A stretch of DNA of 64,000 bases, taken from Chloroflexota bacterium (lineage in GTDB: Bacteria; Chloroflexota; Anaerolineae; UBA1429). This document shows positions 38,297 to 46,683 of the stretch, one piece after another. The position numbers and the translations under genes are program-made. The number at the start of each line of letters is the position of its first letter. Position 1 is the stretch's first letter. The notes beneath the pieces are model-generated. The model was not told the origin of the DNA. It was given only the letters and a program-made list of their open reading frames with translations, and made no database searches. Where the stretch lies: the NCBI GenBank assembly GCA_012841405.1, contig DUUT01000054.1, positions 6,220 to 70,219 of the forward strand, read 5' to 3'.

Positions 38297-39724
38297 TTGA
38301 TGGCACACCCGTTTCTTGGTCTCGATATTGCCTTCCGGTCACTCATGGCGCACCAGCAGGCGCTGGAGGTGGTCAGCCACAACGTGGCGAACGTCAATAC
38401 GCCAGGGTACTCGCGGCAAGAGCCTGTCTTTCGCGCCGAGGGACCCTACACCGTGCCCGAGGCCACGCGCTCGACCCAGGCCGGGCAGGTAGGCATGGGC
38501 GTGCGGGTGACCGAGATACGCCGCCTGAATGAGAGCTTTGTCAACCGCAGCATCTGGTTGCAGAACCAGGCGGTGGGCAAGTGGGCGGTGATGCGCGAAT
38601 CGCTGGACCACATCGAGGCGATCATGCCTGAGCCGTCCGATGGCGGCCTCTCCAAGGCGCTGGACGAGTTCTGGGGCGCATGGCGCGATCTGAGCAGCGA
38701 CCCCGAGAGTATGGCGCTGCGTTCGGCCGTGCTCGAGCAGGGCGATCGGTTGGCCAATGTGATTCGCACCTACTCGGAGCAGATCGCGACCTACCGGCAG
38801 GACCTGAACACCCAGATCACGTCCTACGTGCAGGATATCAACGACATCGTACAAGAGATTGCCCAGCTCAATGCTCAGATCGTCGAGGTGCGAGCGGTGG
38901 GCGATCAGCCGAATGATCTGCTCGATGAGCGTGACTTTCTCGTGGGGCGCCTCTCCGAGCTGTGCAGCATCACCTATGCCGAGGACGCAGAGGGCTCGGC
39001 CACCATCCTCATGGGTGGGCACTACTTGGTGATGCGGGATGAGGCGGCGGTACTCGAAGCGGTGCCCAGCGTCGGCGACCCGATGCTGCTGGATGTCGAG
39101 TGGGTGGATCGGTCGGTGGCCGTCGCTCCCGGGGGTGGCAAGTTGGGCGGCATACTCGAGGCGCGCGATGAGGCGATTTCGGGGGTTCTGGCGAGCCTGG
39201 ACGAAATCGCGGTGGCGCTGATCAATGAGGTGAATGCCGTCCACCGCACGGGATACGGCCGCGATGGCTCTACCGGTCTCGACTTTTTCGCTGGCACGAC
39301 GGCGGCCACGATCCGCCTGAGCGACGACGTAGCGGACCCGGTCAAGCTGGCGACTGCCGCCGCGGACCCCCTCGATCCCAGCAGCCCCACCGGTCCCGGA
39401 GACGGCACCATCGCCCTGAAGATCGCACAGGTCGCTGAGCGGGCCGTCCTGGGGGGCGGTACGCTGACCATTAGTGATCAGTACAGGAACATGATCGGCA
39501 GCATCGGGCTTCAGGCGGCCCATGCGGAGCTCAACGAAGAGGCCAGCAAAGAGATGGTGGCCCACCTGCGGACGCGCCGCGATCAGGTCTCGGGAGTATC
39601 GCTGGACGAAGAGGCCGCGAACATGATCCGCTACCAGCGCGCGTACCAGGCGGCCGCCAAGATGATCACTGTCGTCGATCAAATGATAGAGACGCTCCTC
39701 ACCATGGGGCTCGTGGGGCGCTAG
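38297..39724 (+). CDS. flgK: Flagellar hook-associated protein 1 FlgK
   Basis: 475 aa. N-terminal LMAHQQALEVVSHNVANVNTPGYSRQ and C-terminal GVSLDEEAANMIRYQRAYQAAAKMITVVDQMIETLL. Its TAG stop lies inside the CTAG terminus of repeat copy B. Confidence 0.9.
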   Translation: MMAHPFLGLDIAFRSLMAHQQALEVVSHNVANVNTPGYSRQEPVFRAEGPYTVPEATRSTQAGQVGMGVRVTEIRRLNESFVNRSIWLQNQAVGKWAVMRESLDHIEAIMPEPSDGGLSKALDEFWGAWRDLSSDPESMALRSAVLEQGDRLANVIRTYSEQIATYRQDLNTQITSYVQDINDIVQEIAQLNAQIVEVRAVGDQPNDLLDERDFLVGRLSELCSITYAEDAEGSATILMGGHYLVMRDEAAVLEAVPSVGDPMLLDVEWVDRSVAVAPGGGKLGGILEARDEAISGVLASLDEIAVALINEVNAVHRTGYGRDGSTGLDFFAGTTAATIRLSDDVADPVKLATAAADPLDPSSPTGPGDGTIALKIAQVAERAVLGGGTLTISDQYRNMIGSIGLQAAHAELNEEASKEMVAHLRTRRDQVSGVSLDEEAANMIRYQRAYQAAAKMITVVDQMIETLLTMGLVGR

Positions 39725-39858
39725 GTAGTGTTTGGAAAAAGGGCCACAGCGTCGTTCTGAGCGTGGCGAGAAACCTTGGCGATGGGCGTCAAGGCCCTCC
39801 GCTTACGCGCGGGACGACATCGTTGCTACGTCGGGTGCGTTTTTGAAACACGGCCTAG
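39721..39858 (+). mobile_element. MITE-like palindromic repeat, copy B (138 bp, CTAG...CTAG), in the flgK-flgL intergenic space
   Basis: CTAGGTAGTGTTTGGAAAAAGGGCCACAGCGTCGTTCTGAGCGTGGCGAGAAACC...GGGTGCGTTTTTGAAACACGGCCTAG. See copies at 1743 and 43901. Confidence 0.75.
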
Positions 39859-40003
39859 TGTCGGCGGACATTGCTGGCGTGGGCGAGGGGCACAGCACGA
39901 TGTAGGTGCCGCGCGCTACCGTGTCCTTCGCCCGCAGTGTGAACGCACGCGCCGTTGCCCCACCACCCCTGCCCGTCCTCCAGAGTCACGAAGCGAGGTC
40001 AGT

Positions 40004-40879
40004 ATGCGAGTTACATCCAACATGATGATCGAGCGGGCGGTGCGCGACATGAACGCCAGCCTGCGTCGCCTCCGAGACCTGCAGGTGCAGATCGCCTCGG
40101 GTAAGCGCGTCACCAAGCCCAGCGATGACGCCTTTGCCGCCGAACAGGCTCTGGGGATGCGCTCGGTGTTGCGCGCCAACGAGAGCTATCAGCACAGCAT
40201 CGACCTGGCCACGAGCTGGCTAAACGCCACCGAACACTCGATAGCGACCATCACCGAGATCATGTCGCGCGTTTCGGTGCTTGCCCTGAGCGCGTCGAAT
40301 GATACAATAGGCCCCGGAGAGCGCGAGGCGATCGCCGTCGAGGTCGACGAGTTGCTGGCGCATGCGGTGCAGGCCGGCAACACCCAGCACCAGGGGCGCT
40401 ATATTCTGGCCGGTTTTCAGACGAACGCCGAGCCCTTTACCCTGGAGGCCGATCTCTCGGTCACGTACCACGGTGATGGAGGCGCTATCCGGCGGGAGAT
40501 CGGCCCCGGGGAGACGATGCAGGTCAATATCCCGGGCGATGAGGCGCTCGCCGAGGTGTTTGCGGCGCTCCGCAGCTTTTCGCAGGCCCTGCGCAACGAC
40601 CCGAGCGCCATCGAGGCCTGTCGCAGCGAGATCGAGGCTGCTGCGGACCACCTGGCCATGCTCACGGCGACGGTGGGCACGCGGGTGCGCAACCTGCAGG
40701 ATCGTCAGCAACGCCTGACGGCGGTTGACACCGCCATCCGCGAGCAGCTGTCCAAGATTGAGGACATTGACCAAGCGGAGGCGTTGATGTACCTCGCCAA
40801 CCAGGGGGCAGCGTACCAGGCCCTCTTGCAGGTGGCAGCAGATCTGCCGCAGACGACGCTATTTGAGCACCTGCGCTAA
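40004..40879 (+). CDS. flgL: Flagellar hook-associated protein 3 FlgL
   Basis: Trimmed to MRVTSNMMIERAVRDMNASLRRLRDLQVQIASGKRVTKPSDDAFAA (flagellin-N-like) and C-terminal ...IEDIDQAEALMYLANQGAAYQALLQVAA. The upstream part of the ORF runs through the repeat element. Confidence 0.9.
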   Translation: MRVTSNMMIERAVRDMNASLRRLRDLQVQIASGKRVTKPSDDAFAAEQALGMRSVLRANESYQHSIDLATSWLNATEHSIATITEIMSRVSVLALSASNDTIGPGEREAIAVEVDELLAHAVQAGNTQHQGRYILAGFQTNAEPFTLEADLSVTYHGDGGAIRREIGPGETMQVNIPGDEALAEVFAALRSFSQALRNDPSAIEACRSEIEAAADHLAMLTATVGTRVRNLQDRQQRLTAVDTAIREQLSKIEDIDQAEALMYLANQGAAYQALLQVAADLPQTTLFEHLR

Positions 40880-40903
40880 GCACGAGTGGAGGAGACTGCG
40901 CGG

Positions 40904-41341
40904 ATGTCACAGGCGCCACTGGTCGGCAAGAGGATGCTCATCTTTCCCGATGGGCTCGTGGGGTACCCCGAGTGGCGACGCTTTACCCTGGAGGGCGCGC
41001 CTGATGGCTCCCCCGTAGCCTGGCTACAGGGGATGGATGACGAGGGGGCCAGTTTCCTGGTGACGGAGCCGCGCTTGGTGTGCCCCACCTTTACCATCGA
41101 GGTGCCAGCGCACGTGCGCGCCGCACTGGGGCTGGCGCCCACGCAAGAGCCGCGAACCCTGTGCATGCTGGTGATCAAACCAGAGCCCCTGACCATCACC
41201 GCCAACCTCTTGGGGCCCATCGTCTATAATCCCGACAGTGGTGTGGCCTGCCAGATGGTCTTGGCAGAGTCGAACTACTCAGCCCGCCATCCCGTCGTGG
41301 TGACCGAGTTGGATTCGGGGCAAGGCGGCGGGGCATGCTAG
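40904..41341 (+). CDS. fliW: Flagellar assembly factor FliW (CsrA antagonist)
   Basis: LIFPDGLVGYPEWRRFTL......PVAWLQ..DD...SFLVTEP....P.F.IEV.......LGL.......L..LVIK........TANLLGPIVYNP.S....Q.VL is the FliW pattern. GGAGGAG RBS before ATG 40904. Confidence 0.9.
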   Translation: MSQAPLVGKRMLIFPDGLVGYPEWRRFTLEGAPDGSPVAWLQGMDDEGASFLVTEPRLVCPTFTIEVPAHVRAALGLAPTQEPRTLCMLVIKPEPLTITANLLGPIVYNPDSGVACQMVLAESNYSARHPVVVTELDSGQGGGAC

Positions 41342-41628
41342 TACTTAGCCGGCGACCGGGAGAGAGCATCGTGATCGGCGACGGCAAGGAGCGGGTGCGC
41401 GTGACCATCGTGGAGGTGAGTGGCGATCGCGTCAAGGTGGGGATCGAGGCCCCCCAGGAGATCGTCATCCTCCGCCAGGAGCTGTGCGAGGCGGTCGAGG
41501 CGGAGAACCGTGCCGCCCGGCAGGTGCGCCCCGAGCAGGTCGGTGCGGCGCTGCAGTCACTGCGCCGGGTGCTCATGCCGCGCGCAGCGCCCCCGCGTGA
41601 TACTGGGCGCGGTGACGACGCGCCGTAG
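41335..41628 (+). CDS. csrA: Carbon storage regulator / translational repressor CsrA (with extended C-terminal tail)
   Basis: MLVLSRRPGESIVIGDGKERVRVTIVEVSGDRVKVGIEAPQEIVILRQEL is near-consensus CsrA. Its start overlaps the fliW stop. Confidence 0.95.
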   Translation: MLVLSRRPGESIVIGDGKERVRVTIVEVSGDRVKVGIEAPQEIVILRQELCEAVEAENRAARQVRPEQVGAALQSLRRVLMPRAAPPRDTGRGDDAP

Positions 41629-41665
41629 CGGCGCCGTTTCACTCCCTAGTGTGGCCAAAGAGACA

Positions 41666-41711
41666 CGCCGGCTGATGCGCATCAGTACGAGCTAATGCGC
41701 ATCAGCCGGCG
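41666..41711. terminator. Bidirectional stem-loop between convergent csrA and the response-regulator gene
   Basis: Perfect 17-bp inverted repeat CGCCGGCTGATGCGCAT-(12 nt)-ATGCGCATCAGCCGGCG. The 5' arm also contains the self-palindrome CTGATGCGCATCAG. Confidence 0.6.
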
Positions 41712-41733
41712 TTGTCGTTGCATGGCGAGCGCG

Positions 41734-42465
41734 TCAGGTGCTATCCGCGCTTTCGGGAAGCTGTACCGTGTAGCCGCGCCGCGGCACGGTGCGAATATAG
41801 ATCGGCGCTCGGGGATTCGGCTCGATCTTGAGGCGGAGGTTGCGTACGTGCATGCGCACCAGGTCTGGGCTGCCGGCATCGTAGGGATAGCCCCACACCT
41901 CCTGGAGCAGCCGATCGCTAGAAAAGACGGTACCGGCGTTGCTCATCAGGTGGTAGAGGAGGTCAAACTCGACGGGTGTCAGCAACACGCGCTGGCCGCT
42001 GCCGGTGGTGATCTGGAAGGTCTTGGTATCGAGGGACAACTCGCCGACGGTGAGGACGGTGGGCGGCTCGGCTTTGGTCGCGACCTCTGCATGGGTGCGG
42101 CGCAGCACGGCTTTGGCGCGCAGGGCGAGCTCTTCGACGTTGAACGGCTTGGTGAGATAGTCATCCGCCCCCAATCGGAACCCCTCGAGCCGATCATTGA
42201 TCTCCCCCTTGGCCGAGAGGAACAGGATCGGGATATCGGCGCACAGGGGGTCGGCGCGAAGCTGGCTGCACACCTCGTACCCATCCATGCCGGGCATGAT
42301 GATGTCCAAGATGACGAGGTCAGGGCAGTACCTTCGGATCGTCTGCAGCGCTTCTGCACCGTTGAACGCCAAAGAGACCTGGAAATCGGTGTGACGCCGC
42401 AAACTCAGCTCGATGGTGCGGGCGACGTCGACATCGTCATCGACAACAACGATGTGGAAAGGCAT
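41734..42465 (-). CDS. OmpR/PhoB-family response regulator (orphan)
   Basis: Receiver domain (HIVVVDDDVDV...DLVILDIIMPGMDGYEV...LSAKG...GADDYLTKPF) plus winged-helix domain (LTPVEFDLLYHLMSNAGTVFSSDRLLQEVWG....PDLVRMHVRNLRLKIE....P.YI.TV.RRGY). Confidence 0.9.
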   Translation of the reverse strand: MPFHIVVVDDDVDVARTIELSLRRHTDFQVSLAFNGAEALQTIRRYCPDLVILDIIMPGMDGYEVCSQLRADPLCADIPILFLSAKGEINDRLEGFRLGADDYLTKPFNVEELALRAKAVLRRTHAEVATKAEPPTVLTVGELSLDTKTFQITTGSGQRVLLTPVEFDLLYHLMSNAGTVFSSDRLLQEVWGYPYDAGSPDLVRMHVRNLRLKIEPNPRAPIYIRTVPRRGYTVQLPESADST

Positions 42466-42794
42466 GGCGATACCTCACTGGAAACGGCGAAATAGGCTAT
42501 GCGAGGCAGAAACCAGAAGGCGTCCTCAACAAAGCGGCACGAGTACAGCCGAGGGAGACTACCACACGCCAAACGGCGGCAGTATCCTAAACGGCAGTTA
42601 TCGCTTTGTCAAGAGCGACAAAGGGGCGGGTGTGCCGGGGAGTTCGGGCGACTGCCAGGGCCGGGCTCATACGGAATGGCCCGCCATAGGGGGCCGTGTG
42701 CCCCAGTGCTGGCGGTGAGCCGTCCTGCTGTGGTAATGTTCGGCGTGGCACTACGGCGGCTCTGATTTATCCAACCGAGACAGGGAGGCATCCC

Positions 42795-43904
42795 GTGACC
42801 AAGATTACCGACGTTCAGACGCTGCTCCTGCGTTTCCCGGAGGGCTCTTCGTTCTCTGATGCCCAACACCATTTTGGCAAGCGTGCCGGCGTGGTCCTGC
42901 GCGTGCACACGGATACGGGGGTGACGGGGCATAGCTACTGCTATTTCGGCGTGTCGGCGCGCTCGGCAGAGGCGGTACAGGACCTCATCGACCTACAGCT
43001 GGCGCCCGTACTGATCGGCCAGGATCCATTCCAGCCGCGGCGCCTGCGCGACCGCATGTGGCACGAACAGGAGTACACCGGCATCGAGGGGATCGCCCAT
43101 TTCGCCCTCACGACCATCGACACTGCTCTGTGGGACATCATGGCGCGGGCGCTGCGGGTCCCTGGATGGCAGTTGCTCGGCGCCTGCCGCGATTGCATTC
43201 CCGCCTATGCCATGGTGGGCTGGTACTATGATAACGACCCGGATCTCGACACGTATCGCCGGGCCATCGCCACGGCCATGGAGGATGGCATGGCGGGGGT
43301 CAAAATCAAGGTGGGGCGCGGCACGCTGGAGGAGGATCTCCACCGTATCGCCGTGGCCCGCTCGCTGGTCGGCGCGGACGGCGTACTGATGGTGGACGCC
43401 AACCAGGTGTTCGACCGCGTGGAGGCCATGCGTCGTGGCCGCGCCTATGAAGAGGCCGGCGTCTACTGGTACGAGGAGCCACTGCGACCCCACGACAAGG
43501 AGGGCTATGCCGACCTCTGCGCCGCCCTCGACGTGCCCGTGGCCGCCGGAGAGAACGAGTACACGAAATACCACGTCGCCGAGTTGCTGCAGGCCCGGGG
43601 GTGTGACATCTTGCAGCCCGATGCCCGTCGCACCGGCGGCCCCAGCGAGTGGATGGAGATTGCCGGCTTGGCGGCGGCGCTCCACGTGCCCATCGCCAGC
43701 CACGGTGGCGATGGCGTGGCCACGCACCTGCTCATGGCCACCCCCTCGGCCATCTGGTGCGAGACGGGGGGCAAGCCCAAGGGACCCGGGAACTTTGTCG
43801 ATCGGCCACGGATCGACGGGGGCTATATCTATGCTCCGGAGGCGCCCGGGTTTGGCATGGAGATCCGTCAGGAGCTCATTGACCGGTACGGTGTCAGGCG
43901 CTAG
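42795..43904 (+). CDS. Enolase-superfamily enzyme (mandelate racemase / muconate lactonizing enzyme family, sugar-acid dehydratase-like)
   Basis: GVTGHSY......A...ID.ALWDI.A.AL.VP..QLLG; metal ligands in ...LMVDANQ..., WYEEP and AAGENEY. GTG start at 42795 with GGGAGG RBS. Its TAG stop lies inside the CTAG terminus of repeat copy C. Confidence 0.85.
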   Translation: MTKITDVQTLLLRFPEGSSFSDAQHHFGKRAGVVLRVHTDTGVTGHSYCYFGVSARSAEAVQDLIDLQLAPVLIGQDPFQPRRLRDRMWHEQEYTGIEGIAHFALTTIDTALWDIMARALRVPGWQLLGACRDCIPAYAMVGWYYDNDPDLDTYRRAIATAMEDGMAGVKIKVGRGTLEEDLHRIAVARSLVGADGVLMVDANQVFDRVEAMRRGRAYEEAGVYWYEEPLRPHDKEGYADLCAALDVPVAAGENEYTKYHVAELLQARGCDILQPDARRTGGPSEWMEIAGLAAALHVPIASHGGDGVATHLLMATPSAIWCETGGKPKGPGNFVDRPRIDGGYIYAPEAPGFGMEIRQELIDRYGVRR

Positions 43905-44038
43905 GGAGTGTTTGGAAAAAGGGCCACAGTGTCGTTCTGGGCGTGGCGAGAAACCTTGGCTATGGGCGTCAAGGCCCCTCGCGTACGCTCGGGGCGACAT
44001 CGTGCCTACGTCGGGTGCGTTTTTGAGACACGGCCTTG
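43901..44038 (+). mobile_element. MITE-like palindromic repeat, copy C (right terminus degenerated to CTTG)
   Basis: CTAGGGAGTGTTTGGAAAAAGGGCCACAGTGTCGTTCTGGGCGTGGCGAGAAACC...GGGTGCGTTTTTGAGACACGGCCTTG. See copies A and B. Confidence 0.7.
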
Positions 44039-44179
44039 GGCGTCCGTTGGCTAACGCGCTTGTAGGCGGTTTGTGCGCCATAGGCAGGGGGATGGAGGGG
44101 GGCGAGGGGGCGTGAGGTGGCTGGTCAGGGGCAAGCGATCGAGCGTTCGCTGAGCCATGTGAGGCTCCAGACCCCTCAC

Positions 44180-44217
44180 CCCTTCCCCTCTCCCCGCCCG
44201 CAGGGAGAGGGGAAGGG
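44180..44217. repeat. Polypyrimidine/polypurine perfect hairpin (REP-like palindrome)
   Basis: CCCTTCCCCTCTCCC-cgcccgca-GGGAGAGGGGAAGGG, a 15-bp perfect stem inside a 420-nt non-coding stretch. Confidence 0.5.
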
Positions 44218-44460
44218 AGGTGGCATACCGTCTCGTAGCGCGGATGAGCCTCGCGCGATGGCAGCTGCGTCCACCTGCCGGGACCAGAGCCCGCGCAGGC
44301 GGGCTTGGCCATCCTAGCGCTGGGTTGCAACCCGCGGCGAACGTTCGGGGGCGCCCCATCGCGCACCCTTCCCCCAACCGGATGGCTTCTGACAATCCAG
44401 ACAGTAGCTCACCCCACACGCCACAACCCACGCCCTGCACCCAGATCGCTGCCGTTCCCA

Positions 44461-45453
44461 TCACTCGGTGCGTTCGACGGCCCTGCGCACGGCCATGAGG
44501 TTCGACGTGGGGGCTACGATGGGGGTGACGCAGCCCGTGCCGAGGATAAAGCGGCGTCCGCCGGTCTGGGCGATGGCGTCAGCGGCCTCGGCGCACACGG
44601 CCTGTGGCTCCCCGCGCACCATCGTTGCCCATTGGCGCAATCCACCGCACACGGCGGCATTCGTCCGCGCCAACCCTTCCGCCAGTGTGGGGGACGTCTC
44701 CCGGTCGTGCCAGTTCACCACGTGGACAGGATAGTCGGCCAAGAGATCGAACATGACGTCGGTGCCGTGGAGGTGCAAGAGCTGGAACCACCCTTCGCTA
44801 GCGGCCTCGAGCACGCGCAGGTCATAGGGCCGGCCAAAGGTGGCGTACTCCTCCTCCGAGAGAAGGCCGTACTGGGCGTGCTGGACAGCCAAAAAGATCC
44901 CCGCTGCGCCCGCACGGATGACCTCTTGCACGAATGCGACCATGACCTCGGTGATGATCTCTAGCCCGGCCAGGAGCTGCTCGGGGTGGCGGCGCAGGTG
45001 GATGCGCATCAGCTCGTCCCCAGCCAGGTACTTGGCCACAGAGAGCGGGTTAAAGATGGTCATGATGTAGGGCACGTGGCCCTGCATCGCCTCGCCGATG
45101 GCTCGTAGGCACGCGAGCTGGCGTCCCAGCGCGCCGTGGTGGGGGTCGAGCATCGGCAGCGCGGTCCATTCCTCCGGTGTCCGGACCCAGTACCGGCGGT
45201 ACTCGCGGGTGCCCTCGAGGCTGCCGACATAGGCCGTCTCGACGCCCCAGTCTTCGACGCAGTAGCCGCTATTGGGCGTCACCTTGATGAAATCCCAATC
45301 GTAGCGCTGTTGGAAGGCAATCTGCGCCGACGCCAGGTCGTCGGCGCGCTGGTCGTCACCGGGCCAGTGGCGCCACAGCGCCACCGGTGGACGATCGACG
45401 GGATCACCGCGGAACGCTGCCTCGAGTCGCTGCCGTTTGGTCATCGTGTCCAT
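44461..45453 (-). CDS. Uroporphyrinogen-decarboxylase (URO-D)-like family protein
   Basis: Only the C-terminal 330 aa of the 734-aa ORF are credible: MDTMTKRQRLEAAFRGDPVDRPPVALWRHW...FIKV.P......EDWG...... fits the URO-D/MtaA-like fold family. GGAGG RBS before ATG 45453. The upstream part is antisense to the epimerase gene. Confidence 0.7.
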   Translation of the reverse strand: MDTMTKRQRLEAAFRGDPVDRPPVALWRHWPGDDQRADDLASAQIAFQQRYDWDFIKVTPNSGYCVEDWGVETAYVGSLEGTREYRRYWVRTPEEWTALPMLDPHHGALGRQLACLRAIGEAMQGHVPYIMTIFNPLSVAKYLAGDELMRIHLRRHPEQLLAGLEIITEVMVAFVQEVIRAGAAGIFLAVQHAQYGLLSEEEYATFGRPYDLRVLEAASEGWFQLLHLHGTDVMFDLLADYPVHVVNWHDRETSPTLAEGLARTNAAVCGGLRQWATMVRGEPQAVCAEAADAIAQTGGRRFILGTGCVTPIVAPTSNLMAVRRAVERTE

Positions 45454-45636
45454 ACTGCCCTCCTCTGGCCATCGGCTGCGGAACCTGTCACGATTGTACC
45501 CAACGCATGGCAGCGGGCGCAAGGCGATGGGGAACGCGCACCGCTCTGCGTCAGCGTTCCTCGGCTCTCGCCATTGACACCACGGGCCGCAGCGTGCTAT
45601 GTTGCGGCTAATTGGACAACCGGGGGGGAGGCGGAA

Positions 45637-46602
45637 ATGCGCGTTGTGGTCATCGGGGGGACGGGACACATCGGCAGCTACCTCGTGCCGCGTCTGGTGG
45701 AGGCCGGCCATGAGGTGACGGTGTTGGCGCGGGGGCAGCGCGAGCCCTACCGGCGGCACGCTGCCTGGGAGCACGTGCGGCGCGTGACGGTGGATCGCCA
45801 CGCCGAAGAGCTGGCCGGCAGCTTTGGCCGGCGCATCCTCGATTTGCGCCCTGACGTGGTGATCGATGTCATCGCTTTTCGGCCCCTGAGCGTGCAGCGC
45901 ATGGTCGAGGCGCTGCGCGGCTCGGTGCAGCAGTACATTTTCATCGGCTCCATCTGGGTGCATGGCTACAGCACCGTTGTCCCGACCAGCGAGGAGCAAC
46001 CGCGCAAACCGTTCGGTGACTATGGCATCCAAAAGGCGACTGCCGAGCAGTACCTGTTGGAGCAGGCGCGTCGCAACGGCTTCCCGGCCACCGTCGTGCA
46101 TCCGGGCCACATCGTCGGGCCGGGGTGGGAGCCGATCAACCCCGCCGGTCATCGCGATCCCAAGGTGTTCGAGGTGCTGGCCCGCGGCGAGGAGCTCGCA
46201 CTGCCCAACTTTGGTCTCGAGACCCTCCACCATGTGCACGCGGATGACGTGGCGCAGGTGATCATCAAGAGCATGGTCCACTGGAGCAACGCCGTGGGGC
46301 AGAGCTTTCACGCCGTATCGCCGGCTGCCGTCACCCTGTGCGGCTATGCTGAGGCGGTGGCCGGGTGGTTCGGCGCGCAGGCGAACCTGCGGTTTCTGCC
46401 CTTTGAGGAGTGGAAGGCCACCGTCTCGGAAGAGAACGCGGCAATGACCGAAGACCACATCGCCCACAGCCCCTGCTGCAGTATCGCCAAGGCCCAGCGC
46501 CTGCTCGATTACCAGCCGCGGTACACGTCCATGGAGGCGGTGCGCGAGTCGGTCGCGTGGCTCATCGACCACGGCGTCATCCAGGCGCCGCCGTTGTGCT
46601 GA
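45637..46602 (+). CDS. NAD-dependent epimerase/dehydratase family protein
   Basis: MRVVVIGGTGHIGSYLVPRLVEAGHEVTVLARG (Rossmann GxxGxxG), and ...YGIQKA (YxxxK). Confidence 0.85.
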   Translation: MRVVVIGGTGHIGSYLVPRLVEAGHEVTVLARGQREPYRRHAAWEHVRRVTVDRHAEELAGSFGRRILDLRPDVVIDVIAFRPLSVQRMVEALRGSVQQYIFIGSIWVHGYSTVVPTSEEQPRKPFGDYGIQKATAEQYLLEQARRNGFPATVVHPGHIVGPGWEPINPAGHRDPKVFEVLARGEELALPNFGLETLHHVHADDVAQVIIKSMVHWSNAVGQSFHAVSPAAVTLCGYAEAVAGWFGAQANLRFLPFEEWKATVSEENAAMTEDHIAHSPCCSIAKAQRLLDYQPRYTSMEAVRESVAWLIDHGVIQAPPLC

Positions 46603-46683
46603 GAGGTGCGCCCTAGCGGGGGCGGCCTTTGATGCCACCGCCTTGCCCGTTGCTGACGGCAACACGAGAGGAGGTTCGCAGCG

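Noticed and set aside
44461-46665. 734-aa minus-strand ORF.
   Set aside because: It is a chimera. Only the last 330 aa (from ATG 45453, with a GGAGG RBS) look like a real URO-D-like protein. The first 400 aa are antisense to the Rossmann-fold epimerase gene at 45637-46602.
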